Below, in pieces: positions 62,911 to 64,000 of a stretch of 64,000 nt of DNA. The notes under the pieces are model-generated. The model was not told where the DNA came from, did no database searches, and saw nothing but the letters and a program-made list of their open reading frames with translations. How positions within the stretch are numbered: position 1 is the stretch's first letter; each line of letters begins with the position of its first letter. Source of the DNA: an uncultured Candidatus Saccharibacteria bacterium (GTDB taxonomy: Bacteria > Patescibacteriota > Saccharimonadia > Saccharimonadales > AWTP1-31). Location of the stretch: contig CAZVTA010000002.1 in the NCBI GenBank assembly GCA_964629815.1, forward strand, positions 194,096 to 258,095, read 5' to 3'. Made by a program: the position numbers and the translations under genes.

Positions 62911-63831
62911 ATGAAAATTTTTGCCAAAAGTCGTGCAGTTGTTCTGGGCTATCTGCTGTTTGTATTTGGTGCGCTTGTACTCATAACAGGCGATAAAGCT
63001 GCTGCGGCTAACTGTAGTTATACCGGTACGGACTATGGGGTGGTAACGCAGACAAACTTTACGGTTCCTTCAACAGGAACTTACAGGATATGGAGTCGAA
63101 TTATGCCATCCGATACAGCAAAGACTTCATACTTGCTCGAAATAAATAGTAATTGTTACGAAGTAGGAAAGAGCGCATCTATACCAGCGAACCAGTGGAC
63201 GTGGGTAGACTATTATGGCGGCAATACTGCCAATAAAGTACAGTTATCGTTAACCGCGGGCACAAATTACACCGTCAAGATGATTGGTAATGTTGATGGA
63301 TTGGGCTTGGATAGAATCATAGCTTCAACAGATTTAACGGGCACACCTACAGGCACAGGGGATGATTTTGCTAATCCACCGAATCAGCTGCCGACGATTG
63401 GCCTATCTGCTTCTCCAACGAGTGGAACGGCTCCACTCAATGCAACCCTGACCGCAACGCCAGCCGATACGGACGGTACGGTGGCTCGTGTCGATTTCTT
63501 CAGGTCGGGTACCAATATTGGAAGCAAAACAAGTGCGCCATGGACGCTGCCTTTAACAGGCCTTGCGCAAGGTACGTATAGTTATACTGCGCGCGTAACC
63601 GATAACGATGGGGGAACCAAAGATTCATCGGCGGTAACTATTACGGTTTCAGCAGCGGCACCGAGACTTGGCGATACCGACAACTCGGGCACTGTTACCA
63701 TGACAGACCTTCTTGCGGTGATCAACAACTGGAACCTTACGGGCAGAACTCGTGCACAGGGTGACCTAACGGGCGATGGATCAGTCACGATTAGTGATCT
63801 TTTGCAAGTAATTAATAACTGGACAGGGTAG
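62911..63831 (+). CDS. secreted protein: CBM-like domain, Ig/PKD-like domain and a C-terminal dockerin-type repeat pair
   Basis: Signal peptide ...GDKAAAA. GTAPLNATLTATPADTDG is PKD-like. GDTDNSGTVTMTDLLAVINNW...GDLTGDGSVTISDLLQVINNW are two dockerin EF-hand-like repeats. Confidence 0.7.
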   Translation: MKIFAKSRAVVLGYLLFVFGALVLITGDKAAAANCSYTGTDYGVVTQTNFTVPSTGTYRIWSRIMPSDTAKTSYLLEINSNCYEVGKSASIPANQWTWVDYYGGNTANKVQLSLTAGTNYTVKMIGNVDGLGLDRIIASTDLTGTPTGTGDDFANPPNQLPTIGLSASPTSGTAPLNATLTATPADTDGTVARVDFFRSGTNIGSKTSAPWTLPLTGLAQGTYSYTARVTDNDGGTKDSSAVTITVSAAAPRLGDTDNSGTVTMTDLLAVINNWNLTGRTRAQGDLTGDGSVTISDLLQVINNWTG

Positions 63832-63834
63832 GAT

Positions 63835-64000
63835 ATGAGAAAGTTACGAGAAAAAAACATCAATAAAAAAGTGGTTGCTGTGCTATTACTTGCATTTGTA
63901 GCAATCGGCGTGGCTTTGCTTGTTTTGTCAAAAGCCGCAACGCTAACTGCAACACTGACCTTATCGCCAAGTACAAACTCTACTCCTATACCTATAAACA
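63835..64000 (+). CDS. 5' part of a secreted/membrane-anchored protein, continuing beyond the window
   Basis: Hand-translated as MRKLREKNINKKVVAVLLLAFVAIGVALLVLSKAATLTATLTLSPS... It shares the KAAT signal-anchor style of the other secreted proteins here. Confidence 0.5.
   Translation, partial: MRKLREKNINKKVVAVLLLAFVAIGVALLVLSKAATLTATLTLSPSTNSTPIPIN

Overview
The window is a gene-dense stretch of about 46% GC from a small-genome, Gram-positive-type bacterium. The gene content looks Patescibacteria/CPR, Saccharibacteria-like, but that assignment is an inference from gene content only.

Housekeeping genes I recognise by motif:
- tRNA modification and repair: tsaC, dus, queA, tgt, tilS, a MazG-like gene, a NUDIX hydrolase, and a MutY-like glycosylase without Fe-S cysteines.
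- Envelope and division: murC, murJ, ftsH, an FtsB-like gene, an MscS-family channel and an MFS transporter.
- Translation and stress: lepA, hrcA-grpE-dnaK with three CIRCE operators, bcp, a DEAD-box helicase and an RRM RNA-binding protein.
- Transport: an ABC-2 exporter pair.
- RNA genes: three tRNA genes, all with a CAT anticodon (initiator, elongator Met, Ile2-like).

The accessory content is dominated by two things:
- A sortase locus with very large GLUG-repeat/FN3 surface proteins.
- Many unrecognisable cytoplasmic ORFs.

I found no rRNA, CRISPR array, transposase or integrase.

Most interesting observations:
1. An orphan PafA/Dop (Pup-ligase family) enzyme sits in a block of unknown genes with no Pup or proteasome nearby.
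2. lepA is bracketed by a 75-nt inverted repeat, with relic termini of a displaced lepA allele outside each repeat.
3. The initiator tRNA is followed by two ~190-nt units that reuse its 3' end plus CCA, each with its own terminator.
4. A 2137-aa protein fuses a GLUG/FN3 adhesin-like ectodomain to a histidine kinase.
5. A -10 box recurs 6-7 nt upstream of ATG start codons, which implies leaderless mRNAs.

All functional calls come from motif recognition by eye. No database search was run.
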